42,982 nucleotides of DNA. Origin: a virus. Its lineage: Duplodnaviria > Caudoviricetes. Location: IMG/VR virus record IMGVR_UViG_3300032253_000008, positions 1 through 42,982 of that record; one strand, given 5' to 3'. This document shows, piece after piece, positions 1-9,590 of this stretch. Under the pieces are notes generated by a model. It saw nothing but the letters and a program-made list of their open reading frames with translations, was not told the origin of the DNA and searched no databases. How positions within the stretch are numbered: position 1 is the stretch's first letter; every line of letters begins with the position of its first letter. Made by a program: the position numbers and the translations under genes.

Positions 1-280
1 GCAGCTTTCGGTCAGTCAGGATTTGCGAGGGCTCTGCGTCGATGAATCTGAAGGCGAAGGAATGCAAGGTGCGGAAATACGGGATCGAATCTTGCTCGAC
101 ACCGAACTTCTCTACCATACGCTCCTTCGCTTCTTGTGCCGCCTTCCTCGTGAAGGCGACGTAGGCGATCCGGTCGGGTTTGACGCCACGGGAGAACGCT
201 TGCTCAACGATATTGAGCAACGCGGTCGTCTTCCCACAGCCAGGACCGCCTAGGATCAGTGTTGGTTTAAGCCGCCCCAT
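1..280 (-). CDS. UvrD/Rep-like superfamily 1 helicase, N-terminal part (runs off window)
   Basis: Not in the ORF track. Manual translation from ATG at 280: MGRLKPTLILGGPGCGKTTALL...IAYVAFTRKAAQEAKERM...YFRTLHSFAF (Walker A, motif Ia FTxKAA, TLHS). GGAG upstream; overlaps primase stop. Confidence 0.9.
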   Translation of the reverse strand, partial: MGRLKPTLILGGPGCGKTTALLNIVEQAFSRGVKPDRIAYVAFTRKAAQEAKERMVEKFGVEQDSIPYFRTLHSFAFRFIDAEPSQILTDRKL

Positions 281-2042
281 CAGAGTCTCCGGTCATGATC
301 AACTCAAGGTTGGCGAGATTGACTTCGTATGGGCGCACCTGACGTCCGGCGACTTGCGTGTTGCCTCGGCCCGTCACGTTCAGGTCGTCAACGAGTCGCT
401 TCGCAATCATCTTGGTGGTGAATTGCGTGTAGCCACGACCACGCAAGAAGTTCTCGAACTGGTCGAGTTTGAAGATCGCGGTCATCTCGTCCTCGGCAAC
501 CAGGACACGTCCTTGGAAGAACGCAAGGTCGTTGTGTCCACGTTCTTGGCGCATGTCGTGGACGAAGTCGTAGAGCGAGTTGCGAATGATCGACAACGAG
601 TCGGAATCGGGTGGAGGTGAAATCTTGTCAGCAGACGACAGTAGTCCGTCCATCAGCTCCTTGTACTTCGCATCCTGCAGCGTGCGCCACATGCGGTCGG
701 TCTGGTTCAGGACGTGCTGCGCGAATGCGCTCTGAGAGAACAACGATTGCGCGTCGGGGATGTGGATGCGTTTGTCGCCCACCGTCAGGTAGTACTGGCG
801 CTCCTCGGACGTCACAATGGTGAACCCCGTGATTGCAAAAGGTGCGTCCTTCGCGCCCGTGCCGATGCCGAATTTTCGCTTGTAACAGAGGCGTCGATCA
901 CAGAACGACTTGAGGGGCTCTTTGGTACACGAGTAGCCCCATTTGCCTTGACGACCTTGTCGCTTGAGCGTTGACAATTCCGACGAGATGCCCGTGTTTC
1001 CCGTAGCGACGCGCCAGTCGCCATGGACGGTGTCTAGCATCACGTCGAATTTCTTGCCTGCGTCCTCATCTAACGCGGCATCTGGGTCGTGCGGGGACAA
1101 TCTGCGGTGCAAGTACATCGCGACGCCGAAGAACGCGTTGTTGCGGTTGTTTTCGAGGTTCTGAGGTTCGAGAGCTGCCTTCTGTTTTTCAAGCCACGAC
1201 TCTGCGCGTTTCTTGGCCGCTTCGTTCGGGAACTTCGCGTCGCGTTTCTTCGCCATGAAGTCACGCTCGAGCTTCTCGACCTTGCGTGGGTCACCGATGA
1301 TCAGACGTTGAAGGCAAGGTGGTCCATCGTAGAACAGTGTCTCTTCCTCGTCGTCACCATATCGTTGCGATGATGGGAGCACCGTGTTGTCGCGCAGCCA
1401 TTCGTCTGTGACTTCTTTCGAGGAACCTTCCGCGATGCCCAGGAACTGCTCGAGGTCGAGGTCGATGAACTCAATAGTCGATCCTTGCTTGCTCGGGACG
1501 ACAGCGTGCCGCGTGTCACCGAAGTACGGTAGGTTGATCCAATTGCCGATGTCTTCCTCGGAATGGCGTTCGGTTTGTTTTGGAAACACCTCACACCCTG
1601 CAACACCCAAGTGCGCGGCCTGTGCGTTCAGGTAGTCGATTGCGAGCTGCGCAGAAACGCCTTTCTCGGAAAAGAGCCAGACGTGAATGCCGCCCGACTT
1701 CGAACGCGAGACAATCAAAGGCGTTTCCATCAACGTCAGAGCGATGTCTGAGTGAGTCAGGTTGCGCTTGCTTTGGTCTTCCTGCGAGTAGACGTCAATG
1801 TCGATGGCTGCAAAATTGACGCGGCCTTCCTGACGAGGTGTGCCTTGCAACGGGATAATCCCGATACCCACCTTGCCTGCGACGTGGTCAGCATACGCGT
1901 TTTCCGTGATGTGTTCGTCCACAGTCCGCGCACGGCCTGCGACTTTCTCTTCCGGCGCTGTGTCGCCTGTAATGTCGTAGCGCCCATACCGTTCGGTGTA
2001 TCCTCGAAACAGTGCGGCGAACCTCTTCCCGTTGCTGGTCAC
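267..2042 (-). CDS. Archaeo-eukaryotic primase (AEP/PrimPol-type) replication protein
   Basis: AAIDIDVY (DxD), SRSKSGGIHVWLF (SxGxH), GNWINLPYFG, GPPCLQ, Cys cluster C..C..C; lies between helicase and SSB-like genes. Confidence 0.8.
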   Translation of the reverse strand: MTSNGKRFAALFRGYTERYGRYDITGDTAPEEKVAGRARTVDEHITENAYADHVAGKVGIGIIPLQGTPRQEGRVNFAAIDIDVYSQEDQSKRNLTHSDIALTLMETPLIVSRSKSGGIHVWLFSEKGVSAQLAIDYLNAQAAHLGVAGCEVFPKQTERHSEEDIGNWINLPYFGDTRHAVVPSKQGSTIEFIDLDLEQFLGIAEGSSKEVTDEWLRDNTVLPSSQRYGDDEEETLFYDGPPCLQRLIIGDPRKVEKLERDFMAKKRDAKFPNEAAKKRAESWLEKQKAALEPQNLENNRNNAFFGVAMYLHRRLSPHDPDAALDEDAGKKFDVMLDTVHGDWRVATGNTGISSELSTLKRQGRQGKWGYSCTKEPLKSFCDRRLCYKRKFGIGTGAKDAPFAITGFTIVTSEERQYYLTVGDKRIHIPDAQSLFSQSAFAQHVLNQTDRMWRTLQDAKYKELMDGLLSSADKISPPPDSDSLSIIRNSLYDFVHDMRQERGHNDLAFFQGRVLVAEDEMTAIFKLDQFENFLRGRGYTQFTTKMIAKRLVDDLNVTGRGNTQVAGRQVRPYEVNLANLELIMTGDSDGAA

Positions 2043-2208
2043 GCCGTTCTCCTTAAGCGTTTAATGAAGGTCGATCAGGTTCTAATCGACGCGGGCTCTC
2101 GCCTCCTCACTTTGTTCCTTCGCGAGATACTCGTGCCATGACGACACGCGGTCACGCGTTTGCTGTCCCTGTGAGTCAGGAGCGTCGGCAGGAACTGCCT
2201 GACGTCTA

Positions 2209-2232
2209 GGTGGGCGCGTTTAAACGCCCACC
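2209..2232. terminator. GC-rich hairpin downstream of SSB-like gene
   Basis: GGTGGGCG-cgtttaaa-CGCCCACC, 8-bp stem; no clear U-tract. Confidence 0.45.
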
Positions 2233-2239
2233 CGTGTTC

Positions 2240-3121
2240 TTAGAACGGCACCTCGTCGTCGTTGTCACCGCCACCTTTCGGCGCGTCTTTGGTCGACGGG
2301 TTGGCCTCACCATCCATCTTCGAATAGTCGGCCTTGTGCTCGCCCGTTTCGATGCCCGAGACGAACTGTTTCGCATCGCGGAACATATCCATCTTGTCGT
2401 CGGTCAGCACATCGGACACGCGTTCGAATTTCCAGACATACCAGGAGCCTTGGTCGTTCGAGCGACGCTGCGTCGTGACACCGTAGATGCCGAAGAAGCG
2501 AGGCGCCTTGCGACCGTCAGGCAACTGCTGTTTGGACACCATGTTGTTCAGGTCCTTCGACGGCTTGATCTGCGTCGAGGCCATTGTCAGAACCACCGGC
2601 TCGTAGGTGCCGTCTTCGTGGATCAGGAACATGAAGTGCGTGTGGGTGTCATTCAACTGGTTACCAGGCGTGCCGTGCGGCGAGTTCGCTTGGATGATGT
2701 CTTGACCAGTCTCGGTCGACCGTTGCGTGATGATTTGCAGACCTTCGTCCACCGACCATTCGTTGACGATGCCGCCGCCCTGCGAACGCGGAACCCATTC
2801 GATGAAGGAACGCTTGTAGGAAATCGGGAGGACCCGGCATCCTTCGATTGCGTTAGCGTCATCGTCCTGGGTCTTGATCAGGGATTGCGTGACCGTGTTC
2901 AGCAGATCAGAAGGCTCTGCGCCTTTGATATACTCGGCCTCACCTTTCACAACCTGCGGGGACAGGGATTGCAGGATTTGCAGGAACGGAATCGACATGT
3001 CGTCTTTGCCGAGCGTCTCCTGATGCTCTTCACCAGCTTGTGCCAGTTCATCCATGAACTCGGCGGGCAAGCCAGCTTCTTCTTTCTTTGCGACCGCTTT
3101 GGTCGTTTTCGCGTCAGCCAT
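2240..3121 (-). CDS. Putative single-stranded DNA-binding protein
   Basis: Replication-block position; IPFLQILQSLSPQV motif; flexible acidic tail ending DNDDEVPF, typical of SSBs. Confidence 0.65.
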   Translation of the reverse strand: MADAKTTKAVAKKEEAGLPAEFMDELAQAGEEHQETLGKDDMSIPFLQILQSLSPQVVKGEAEYIKGAEPSDLLNTVTQSLIKTQDDDANAIEGCRVLPISYKRSFIEWVPRSQGGGIVNEWSVDEGLQIITQRSTETGQDIIQANSPHGTPGNQLNDTHTHFMFLIHEDGTYEPVVLTMASTQIKPSKDLNNMVSKQQLPDGRKAPRFFGIYGVTTQRRSNDQGSWYVWKFERVSDVLTDDKMDMFRDAKQFVSGIETGEHKADYSKMDGEANPSTKDAPKGGGDNDDEVPF

Positions 3122-3151
3122 ATGAGGTCTCCTCTTCGAAGGCTGTGGTGG

Positions 3152-3694
3152 TTATTTCACCGTTGATCGGGTGAAGTCGAACGCGCCGAAGAACGCAAGG
3201 TCGTCGTTCTTGCCTTCCTTTACGCGGGCTTTGAGTGCCTTCTTGACCGTGCCGGTAGGAATGTCCTCCGATAAGGTCGCCTCGACGCCCAATTTCTCGG
3301 CCTCGGCCATGATGACCGCGCCCGTGTTGTTGTCGCCTTTGCCAAGGTCGATGGTGAGGGTGTTCGCGACGTTCCCGCCGTAACCCCATTCCTTCATCTT
3401 CTTGATGATGGCGTCTTTCCGCGCTTTCGGCACGGACACTTTCATGTCTTCGTCGTAGGCGACGGTCATGCCGTTGTCGAGCGTGAAAGAAGGCATTCCC
3501 GCGGACTTCAAGGCAGCAGGCAGATCGCCTTCCTGGATTTTGCGTAGGTCAGCCTTTGCGGCTTTCAGCGAGGCCTCGTGTTTTGCAACGACGCCTTCCA
3601 GCTCGAGTTGTTTGTGCGCGAGTGCGCGGACAGCCGCCAGGTCAGTGGTGGTCGTTTTTTCACCGGCTTCCGCCAGTTCGTCGAGGTCACTCAT
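3152..3694 (-). CDS. Phage replication-region hypothetical protein (N-terminal coiled coil)
   Basis: Start moved to ATG 3694 (MSDLDELAEAG) behind AACGGAG SD; 180 aa. Confidence 0.75.
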   Translation of the reverse strand: MSDLDELAEAGEKTTTTDLAAVRALAHKQLELEGVVAKHEASLKAAKADLRKIQEGDLPAALKSAGMPSFTLDNGMTVAYDEDMKVSVPKARKDAIIKKMKEWGYGGNVANTLTIDLGKGDNNTGAVIMAEAEKLGVEATLSEDIPTGTVKKALKARVKEGKNDDLAFFGAFDFTRSTVK

Positions 3695-4061
3695 TGTCGT
3701 CTCCGTTGTCTTCGATGTTGAATAGCAGGTCCACGTCGATGGGCGCATAGGATCGCGCCATGCGGTCCCACATCAAGTAGTTGAATTGCCCATCCGTATA
3801 GTCGGCGAGGATGCCGGCTGCAAGGATCATTCCGAAAGGATCGCCACCAGCCCAGACGATGAAGTCGCCTTGCTCAGCGTACTGAAGGACTTCGTGGGCG
3901 CGTTCGATTGCGTTGTCCCGATCACGCACCGGCGGATTTCGGTCTGCTGTGAACACATAGACGAGCTCCCCGAAGTGAGCAGCAGGTGAAGTGTCCCAGG
4001 AGGCTCGGCCAGCAGGCACACGGGACTCATCTGGTTCGTTGACGATATAAACTTTGGGCAT
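3687..4061 (-). CDS. Hypothetical protein
   Basis: 124-aa ORF, AACGGAG SD, overlaps the next gene start. Confidence 0.75.
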   Translation of the reverse strand: MPKVYIVNEPDESRVPAGRASWDTSPAAHFGELVYVFTADRNPPVRDRDNAIERAHEVLQYAEQGDFIVWAGGDPFGMILAAGILADYTDGQFNYLMWDRMARSYAPIDVDLLFNIEDNGDDNE

Positions 4062-4098
4062 TTTGTTTTGGCTCCGTTAGTGGTTTCGTTGTAAGCGG

Positions 4099-5877
4099 TC
4101 AGACGGCTTCGGTCAACCACGATCTAAGGATGTCTCCTGATATTGCACCGGCAATATCTCGCTTTTCTTTCAGGGAGCGTAACTGCGGACGATCAATCGT
4201 TCCAAGGCATTCAATGTCAGTAATGGTGCATGAGTCAGACTCCTGTCCAATGCGGTGGAAACGGTCCTCGGATTGCAGGCGCAAACCAAGGTTGTGCGAA
4301 TTGTCGTGGTAGGCCATGTTGTCGGCCTCGACGAGGTCAAGACCCACGCCTGCAGATTGTGGATTGCCTACGAACCAGCGCACGCGGTCTTCTTTGAACA
4401 GGAGGAGGTTCTTGGCTTTCTGCTCAGGCCCGACTCCGCCATGATACTCGACGACCGACGCGTCACCGTATGCGGTGCGCAATTCGTCCGCTATTGATCG
4501 CAGGCAATAGCGTTTGTAGGACCAGATGATCGCCTTGTTCCGAACGCGTTCCATCTCCTGCATAAGCGCCTCGATACGAGGGTTCTTGTCGTCGAGTGCA
4601 ATACCGGGCACGTCTTCCGACAACGGGTCAGCGTCGTCAGGGACAACGAAGCCGCACGCGATCTGCTGCAGGCGCACCAGCTTGGTCATTGCCATCTTCG
4701 CGGTCATCGTGCGCCCGCCGTCAATGTCGACCAGGAATTCCTTGGACATCTGCATGTAGGCGCGCCGCATGTTTTCGCTCATCTCGAAGGAGCGCATCCG
4801 ATAGATCTTCGGCGGTAGGTCGAGGCAGTCCTCTTTCAGGAGTCGCGACCGATACGGGTCGAGCATGCGGCACAGCTCTTCCTCGTTCTTGAAACCGGTC
4901 ACAGCCATCACTGGCTTCTCGACCTTCTTCGACTTCTTCGTGTCCTTGTCATATTCCCACGCCTCGAACGTCTTGTCCCCGACCTGCTCCTCGACCGCGA
5001 AATTGGCTTTCCACTGGTGGAACTTATAGTAGGGAGCAACGATGTTGCTGTCCAGGAATGAATACTGCGCCCACGGGTCGAGTGTCGATCCTGTGGACAT
5101 GGTGCCTGTCGTGATGAAACGTCGCTTGGCGAGCTTCTTGAGTTTGTTCAAGAGCGCTTTCGTGACGGCTGCACTCGGGGTCTTCATATACTGCGACTCG
5201 TCAACGACGATTGCTGCGTTCCGTGACCGCAGGAAACGCTCGCAGAATTTGAGACCCTTCGCGCGGTGCACGGATTCGAAATTGATTGTAGCGACTGAAA
5301 ATTTGTCGCTCTCGACAATCGACGTCCGATTGCGGGCGTTCGGCCCTGTCCACATGCCAGCGTCCACGCGACCAGTATTCCAGAATGCAGCGTCAGCCAT
5401 GCCTTTGGGCAGGTGCGTCGGCACTTCCTTCTCGACCCACTTTCGGTGGACGTCTTTCAACGTGACGACCAGGAGCCCGTCAAGCTCACCTTTCGAGTAA
5501 GCCCATTGGCAGACGTCAAGGATCGTTTTCGATTTGCCGAGACCCATCTCCCACTCGAGAGAGAAGTACGGCATATCCTTGATGATCCCGAACCATTCGC
5601 GTTGGTGATCGTATGGTTGAGTAACCCACTCGAACTCGCCTTCCGCCTTGAGCTTTTCCTTGTAGAACGAGCCCCATGCGAAACGACACCCCGGATGGAA
5701 TGTGCCGCGACCAAGATCGGCGACCAGGACGTCCAGAGCGTATCGCGTCGGGACGAATTTGATCCGGGTGCCTTGGTATTCGACTTCGGTGTTTAAACGG
5801 TCACCGAGGGACCTGGACGCGTCGTAATCCAGACCCTCTACAATCCCGTGAGCGTTTTCGACGTAAACCTCAGGCAT
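4099..5877 (-). CDS. SNF2-family (SF2) helicase
   Basis: EMGLGKS (I), VVDESQ (II), TGT (III), SAGVGLDL (V), QSEDRFHRIGQ (VI); start taken at ATG 5877, overlapping the thyX stop. Confidence 0.92.
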   Translation of the reverse strand: MPEVYVENAHGIVEGLDYDASRSLGDRLNTEVEYQGTRIKFVPTRYALDVLVADLGRGTFHPGCRFAWGSFYKEKLKAEGEFEWVTQPYDHQREWFGIIKDMPYFSLEWEMGLGKSKTILDVCQWAYSKGELDGLLVVTLKDVHRKWVEKEVPTHLPKGMADAAFWNTGRVDAGMWTGPNARNRTSIVESDKFSVATINFESVHRAKGLKFCERFLRSRNAAIVVDESQYMKTPSAAVTKALLNKLKKLAKRRFITTGTMSTGSTLDPWAQYSFLDSNIVAPYYKFHQWKANFAVEEQVGDKTFEAWEYDKDTKKSKKVEKPVMAVTGFKNEEELCRMLDPYRSRLLKEDCLDLPPKIYRMRSFEMSENMRRAYMQMSKEFLVDIDGGRTMTAKMAMTKLVRLQQIACGFVVPDDADPLSEDVPGIALDDKNPRIEALMQEMERVRNKAIIWSYKRYCLRSIADELRTAYGDASVVEYHGGVGPEQKAKNLLLFKEDRVRWFVGNPQSAGVGLDLVEADNMAYHDNSHNLGLRLQSEDRFHRIGQESDSCTITDIECLGTIDRPQLRSLKEKRDIAGAISGDILRSWLTEAV

Positions 5878-6721
5878 TGGACGCCACGATAACGGGCACG
5901 CCATACTCGCCATCGTTCGCGGACGTCGTCATGTCCTTGAACACGCTCGGCGCGCAATCGTGTGCTTGTGCCAGGAGGTGGTTCGCGAGGCGCCGGATTT
6001 CGAGATCGGCGCCGTTGCCTCCGCGCAACCACAGGAAGTGACGCAGGAGGCGCATGTTGGTCGTCCACAGGAAGCGCGTCTCGCACGCGTTGGGCAGGTG
6101 TGCCCGTGCGGCTTCGTTCGCGCGTTTCTTGATCATGGTCAGCGACTTGATGTTCGGCGACTTGCGCTTGATCTCGTCCACAATCATTTCCTGCAGCGCT
6201 TTGTAGGTGTCAACGTCGCGCAAGCAGTGACGATGGAACTCGGTGATCACGTCCGCGTTGGACATCGACCCGCCGGCGAGGAACTGCACCAAGGGTGGCA
6301 CGACGAACTGGATGTCCGAGGCATCGACGTAACGCTGCGACTCCTGCGACAAGGCTATGCCGACGCGGTGACGAGCGAGCTCGAGCGACAGGCTGCGGGA
6401 CACGCCCTGGATGGCCCAGTTGATGGTCGAATGCTCGAGCACCGAACCGTGTTCCATCTCGATGATGTTTGCAATATAGTTGGCACGGTCACGACCTGAT
6501 TGCCATGCGCGGTAGCAGTGACGACCACCGAACTCAATCATGCGCTCGATGGCGTCGTCTTCTTCGACGTCCTTCCAGAGGCGTGCCAGCGGCGTGTCGG
6601 CTTCGTCGATCATTTGGTCGTCGAAACCGTTGTGCTCGATCCAAGCTTGAAACTCGGGGACGTTGAATTGCGTTTGACCGAGCGAGAACACGTCGGGTTG
6701 CCAGATAAGGTCGTTGGGCAT
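5870..6721 (-). CDS. thyX: FAD-dependent thymidylate synthase
   Basis: HGSVLEH, GVSRSLSLELARHRVGIALSQESQRYV (ThyX RHR-x-S motif), EAARAHLPN, NMRLLRHFLWLR. Confidence 0.96.
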   Translation of the reverse strand: MPNDLIWQPDVFSLGQTQFNVPEFQAWIEHNGFDDQMIDEADTPLARLWKDVEEDDAIERMIEFGGRHCYRAWQSGRDRANYIANIIEMEHGSVLEHSTINWAIQGVSRSLSLELARHRVGIALSQESQRYVDASDIQFVVPPLVQFLAGGSMSNADVITEFHRHCLRDVDTYKALQEMIVDEIKRKSPNIKSLTMIKKRANEAARAHLPNACETRFLWTTNMRLLRHFLWLRGGNGADLEIRRLANHLLAQAHDCAPSVFKDMTTSANDGEYGVPVIVASNA

Positions 6722-6831
6722 CAGAATACTCCGTTTGGGTGCGGTTGTTGCAGTGCCGAATGTGGATCAACGTGTGCGCATACGCAAGACGACAAACAGG
6801 ATTTTGAGTAGATCATACAGGTGAACCCCAT

Positions 6832-6910
6832 CCCTGCACGAACCCTGCACGTTATTTTCCGCAAACCACTGTGGCTTATGACAACCCTGCACGACCTGCA
6901 GTCTGCACGA
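6832..6910. repeat. Iteron-like direct repeats (CC)CTGCACG x4
   Basis: CCCTGCACG at 6832, 6843, 6885 and CTGCACG at 6903, in the divergent thyX/HTH intergenic region. Confidence 0.75.
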
Positions 6911-6994
6911 GGGTCTTGCGGAGTGAGGCGATTACACGCGCACGCGCGTAACGCACCACCTATTCTTACACCACCTGGTTTTGTGCTCGCGGAA

Positions 6995-7009
6995 TATAAG
7001 TCGCTTATG
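6995..7009. promoter_or_regulatory. TATAA-N5-TTAT operator-like site upstream of HTH gene
   Basis: TATAA GTCGC TTATG, about 30 nt before ATG 7040. Confidence 0.7.
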
Positions 7010-7039
7010 CTATCAAATGACAACCACGAGGACCCAGGC

Positions 7040-7231
7040 ATGACACCAGACGAGTTTAAACGTCGGCAGACTGCGTTGCGTTGGACCAATGCAAAGATGG
7101 CGAGCCACCTACGCAAAACGCCGCAGTCAATCAGCAACTACCGGAATAGTCGACAGGAGATTCCCGACCATGTAGAAGTTTTGTTGGACGCGGCAGTCAA
7201 AGCACTAAGGGAGCGCTTAGTCAGCCGCTGA
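7040..7231 (+). CDS. Small XRE/Cro-like HTH transcriptional regulator (63 aa)
   Basis: MTPDEFKRRQTALRWTNAKMASHLRKTPQSISNYRNSRQEIP fits the XRE HTH pattern; GAGG SD before ATG 7040. Confidence 0.8.
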   Translation: MTPDEFKRRQTALRWTNAKMASHLRKTPQSISNYRNSRQEIPDHVEVLLDAAVKALRERLVSR

Positions 7232-7526
7232 GCAAGGCGTCACGCCTGAGATAGAAGTTTCTTACGCTTTCTCGGAGTGACTCACATTCAAGTAAGGCAA
7301 CCCTGTCTCGCATCCAAAATATTTCAACGTCTCCTTGAGAAAGAACCCTATCTGGGAGCCGGGTAGGTGCCAAGCAGTTGACTGTTAGTGGAGCTGGGGG
7401 CGGTAGTAGTCGCGGCGGCTCAGTCGAGGATTGAATTGAGCCGCTGCACGCTACTAGTACCGATAGCCCTGTTGTCCGCGTCAGGATCTTCCAAAACACT
7501 TTGAGTAATTCTTGAAACTGTGGCAT
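7221..7526 (-). CDS. Outer-membrane spanin (Rz1-like lipoprotein)
   Basis: Lipobox LVAC, Pro-rich segment, further Cys residues; overlaps the i-spanin gene in another frame. Confidence 0.75.
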   Translation of the reverse strand: MPQFQELLKVFWKILTRTTGLSVLVACSGSIQSSTEPPRLLPPPAPLTVNCLAPTRLPDRVLSQGDVEIFWMRDRVALLECESLRESVRNFYLRRDALLSG

Positions 7527-7791
7527 CTAGAACATCCTTTGCTTCTTGGAGTTGCTGTATCTCAATTTGAGCAAGCTGGAGTGCTCGTTGATTAGCTGCG
7601 TCTTGGCGCCTTAGTTCTATTTCGAGTCGCTCACCCCACTGAGCATCCGACTCACTGAACCCTCGCTCGAAAGCTTTAGAATCAATCTGCCACCCAACCA
7701 ACCCAATTGCTGTGACCAGTACGGTAAACCCCAGTACACCCCAGTTCACTTTTATCGGAATTACTTTGGACAGAGCCCATAAGATACTCAT
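7420..7791 (-). CDS. Inner-membrane spanin (Rz-like)
   Basis: N-terminal TM helix followed by coiled coil; overlapped by lipoprotein gene. Confidence 0.75.
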   Translation of the reverse strand: MSILWALSKVIPIKVNWGVLGFTVLVTAIGLVGWQIDSKAFERGFSESDAQWGERLEIELRRQDAANQRALQLAQIEIQQLQEAKDVLDATVSRITQSVLEDPDADNRAIGTSSVQRLNSILD

Positions 7792-8139
7792 TTACAGTGT
7801 TTTCCCTACATCAAACATAGCGTCCACCTGCTGATCGGCCAGGCCTAGGTATGACCCGAGAATCAGAACCAGGTCATTCGTGCGGTGGACCTTGACCGAC
7901 GACGCCCACTCCATGCGCGCGTCTGCTGCTTCTCGAGCTGTCAGATAGCTTAAGAACCCGTCGAGCGCCTGCGGCCAAGCGCCTTGCGCGGCGGCGACGG
8001 CGTCGTCAAGCGTAAGGATGTCATAATCAATCAGCGCCTTACAGAACTGGTATTTGGTCACCGACGCAGATGATCGTAGCGAGGTGAGGCCTTCCGTCTC
8101 GATGTCTTCGGCGGTTTTTATGGTCAACGAGAAAGTCAT
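7792..8139 (-). CDS. Hypothetical protein (tail-fibre associated)
   Basis: 115 aa, ATGA-coupled to upstream gene, follows tail fibre. Confidence 0.7.
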   Translation of the reverse strand: MTFSLTIKTAEDIETEGLTSLRSSASVTKYQFCKALIDYDILTLDDAVAAAQGAWPQALDGFLSYLTAREAADARMEWASSVKVHRTNDLVLILGSYLGLADQQVDAMFDVGKTL

Positions 8140-8462
8140 TCTGCGGGCTCCTGTGTGATGCGTTCGAAGGGGATTTCGACCGCGCCGGACGCCACAGCGA
8201 CGATCCAGTGCGCGGGGTCACGGGGTTGATTAAGCGCGGCATCATCGCCCAAGATCACGCGCACCGTGCAGGCGATCTCGCCATCAACTCGGGTGATTGG
8301 CCCGATGAACGGATGGTCGCCTTCGGGCGTTGCTTGCCCGCCTTCGGGCACCGGTGACAGGTCGAAGGCGCTGCCATCCACATTGAGCGTGTCACCCGAG
8401 ACCGACAGGACGGTTCCGGGCAGGCCGGGCAGGCCGCGAATTGGGGATAGGGTGAGTTTCAT
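8136..8462 (-). CDS. Tail-fibre-associated protein, possible assembly factor
   Basis: 108 aa MKLTLSPIRG...LSVSGDTLNVDGSAFDLS; GAGGAG SD; directly after tail fibre. Confidence 0.7.
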   Translation of the reverse strand: MKLTLSPIRGLPGLPGTVLSVSGDTLNVDGSAFDLSPVPEGGQATPEGDHPFIGPITRVDGEIACTVRVILGDDAALNQPRDPAHWIVAVASGAVEIPFERITQEPAE

Positions 8463-8472
8463 GGGTTTCTCC

Positions 8473-9573
8473 TCAGAACCATTTACCGGTGGCAGTCATA
8501 TCGAGAACAGGGGCATCTCCAGATACCCAAGCGGTGCCTGAGCGCGCCCAAACCTGACTCGACGCGGCTGTTGTCGTGTTGTTCCCGCGCGCGACATTCG
8601 CGTCCCCCCGAGATAGACCCGACGGCACATCGGTTCCCCAGTTCAGCGTATCCAGCGTGAGGACCGTGACAGGCGCGGAAATGAAGGCCGCCGCATAGGT
8701 CATGGTTGCAGCGCAATACTGGATGTTGATGAACGCCGTTGCCTTGCCCTGCCAGCAAATCTGCACGCCATTGTCAAGGCGGAGGTACGTGCCATTGGGG
8801 CCTGATCCGCACTCAGCCTCGCGGCCCAGCACCCAGTAGGTGCCGTCATAGGTCGCGGTGGTGTCCACGTCGGTGCGGATGTAGCCCGCTGGCAGCGCCA
8901 CGCCGGTGACGGTGCGGCAGGCCACGGCCCCCAGCCCGTCCAGATTGATCGTTGCCGCAGCGGTGTTTGCCGCCGTTGCCCGGAACCGGACCTGCAAGCC
9001 CGCGACCAGCGCGCCAACACCGTAGGTCAATGTAACCGCGTTCGCGGTGCCGCCGTAGGTTGCCCACAGCCCGCCCAGACGCTGCACCGCCACGCCGGTG
9101 ATCGGCACGTCGATCTGCATCGCCGTCGAGGACAACAGCATGCGCTGCACACCGCCAGTAGACATGCCGATCTGGTTTGCCGCAGCACGATATAGGCCGG
9201 TGTCCGGATCAGAAGCAAAAGCAAACGCGGGCAGGGCGGCTGTGCCATCATCCCACAACCCGGCCAGCGGCCCGGCTTGATACGCGGCATACGCATTCAC
9301 CAGTGATTGCGCGGAGTCCCGCCAAGTTCGTGCGATCCCATGCGTCGGCTGGATTGCATAGGCCTGCGCCGAGGCCGTCGCGCCCAGATAGGCCGGGGTG
9401 ATGGTCAGCGCCCCGGCACCGCCCACGGTGGCGACCTCATACACGCGACCATCGGGCGCGTGCAGGGCATCGCCCGCGTTGATCGCGGCATCCACCCAGG
9501 CGGAGCCGGTGCCGGTCACCGCCGACGATCCATTCGTGACAGCGATTGTTCCTGTTCGATACCAAGTTGCCAT
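8473..9573 (-). CDS. Tail fibre / receptor-binding protein
   Basis: Start at ATG 9573 (MATWYRTGTIAVTNGS); DGTAALPAFAFASDPDTGLY motif; C-terminal NGTYLRLDNGVQICW...ATGKWF H-lectin/gp53-like end. Confidence 0.85.
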   Translation of the reverse strand: MATWYRTGTIAVTNGSSAVTGTGSAWVDAAINAGDALHAPDGRVYEVATVGGAGALTITPAYLGATASAQAYAIQPTHGIARTWRDSAQSLVNAYAAYQAGPLAGLWDDGTAALPAFAFASDPDTGLYRAAANQIGMSTGGVQRMLLSSTAMQIDVPITGVAVQRLGGLWATYGGTANAVTLTYGVGALVAGLQVRFRATAANTAAATINLDGLGAVACRTVTGVALPAGYIRTDVDTTATYDGTYWVLGREAECGSGPNGTYLRLDNGVQICWQGKATAFINIQYCAATMTYAAAFISAPVTVLTLDTLNWGTDVPSGLSRGDANVARGNNTTTAASSQVWARSGTAWVSGDAPVLDMTATGKWF

Positions 9574-9590
9574 GGCTATAGCCTTCCTGT

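Noticed and set aside
6821-7039. N-terminal extension of the HTH ORF (136-aa version)
   Set aside because: The extension runs through the repeats and the operator; the SD supports ATG 7040.
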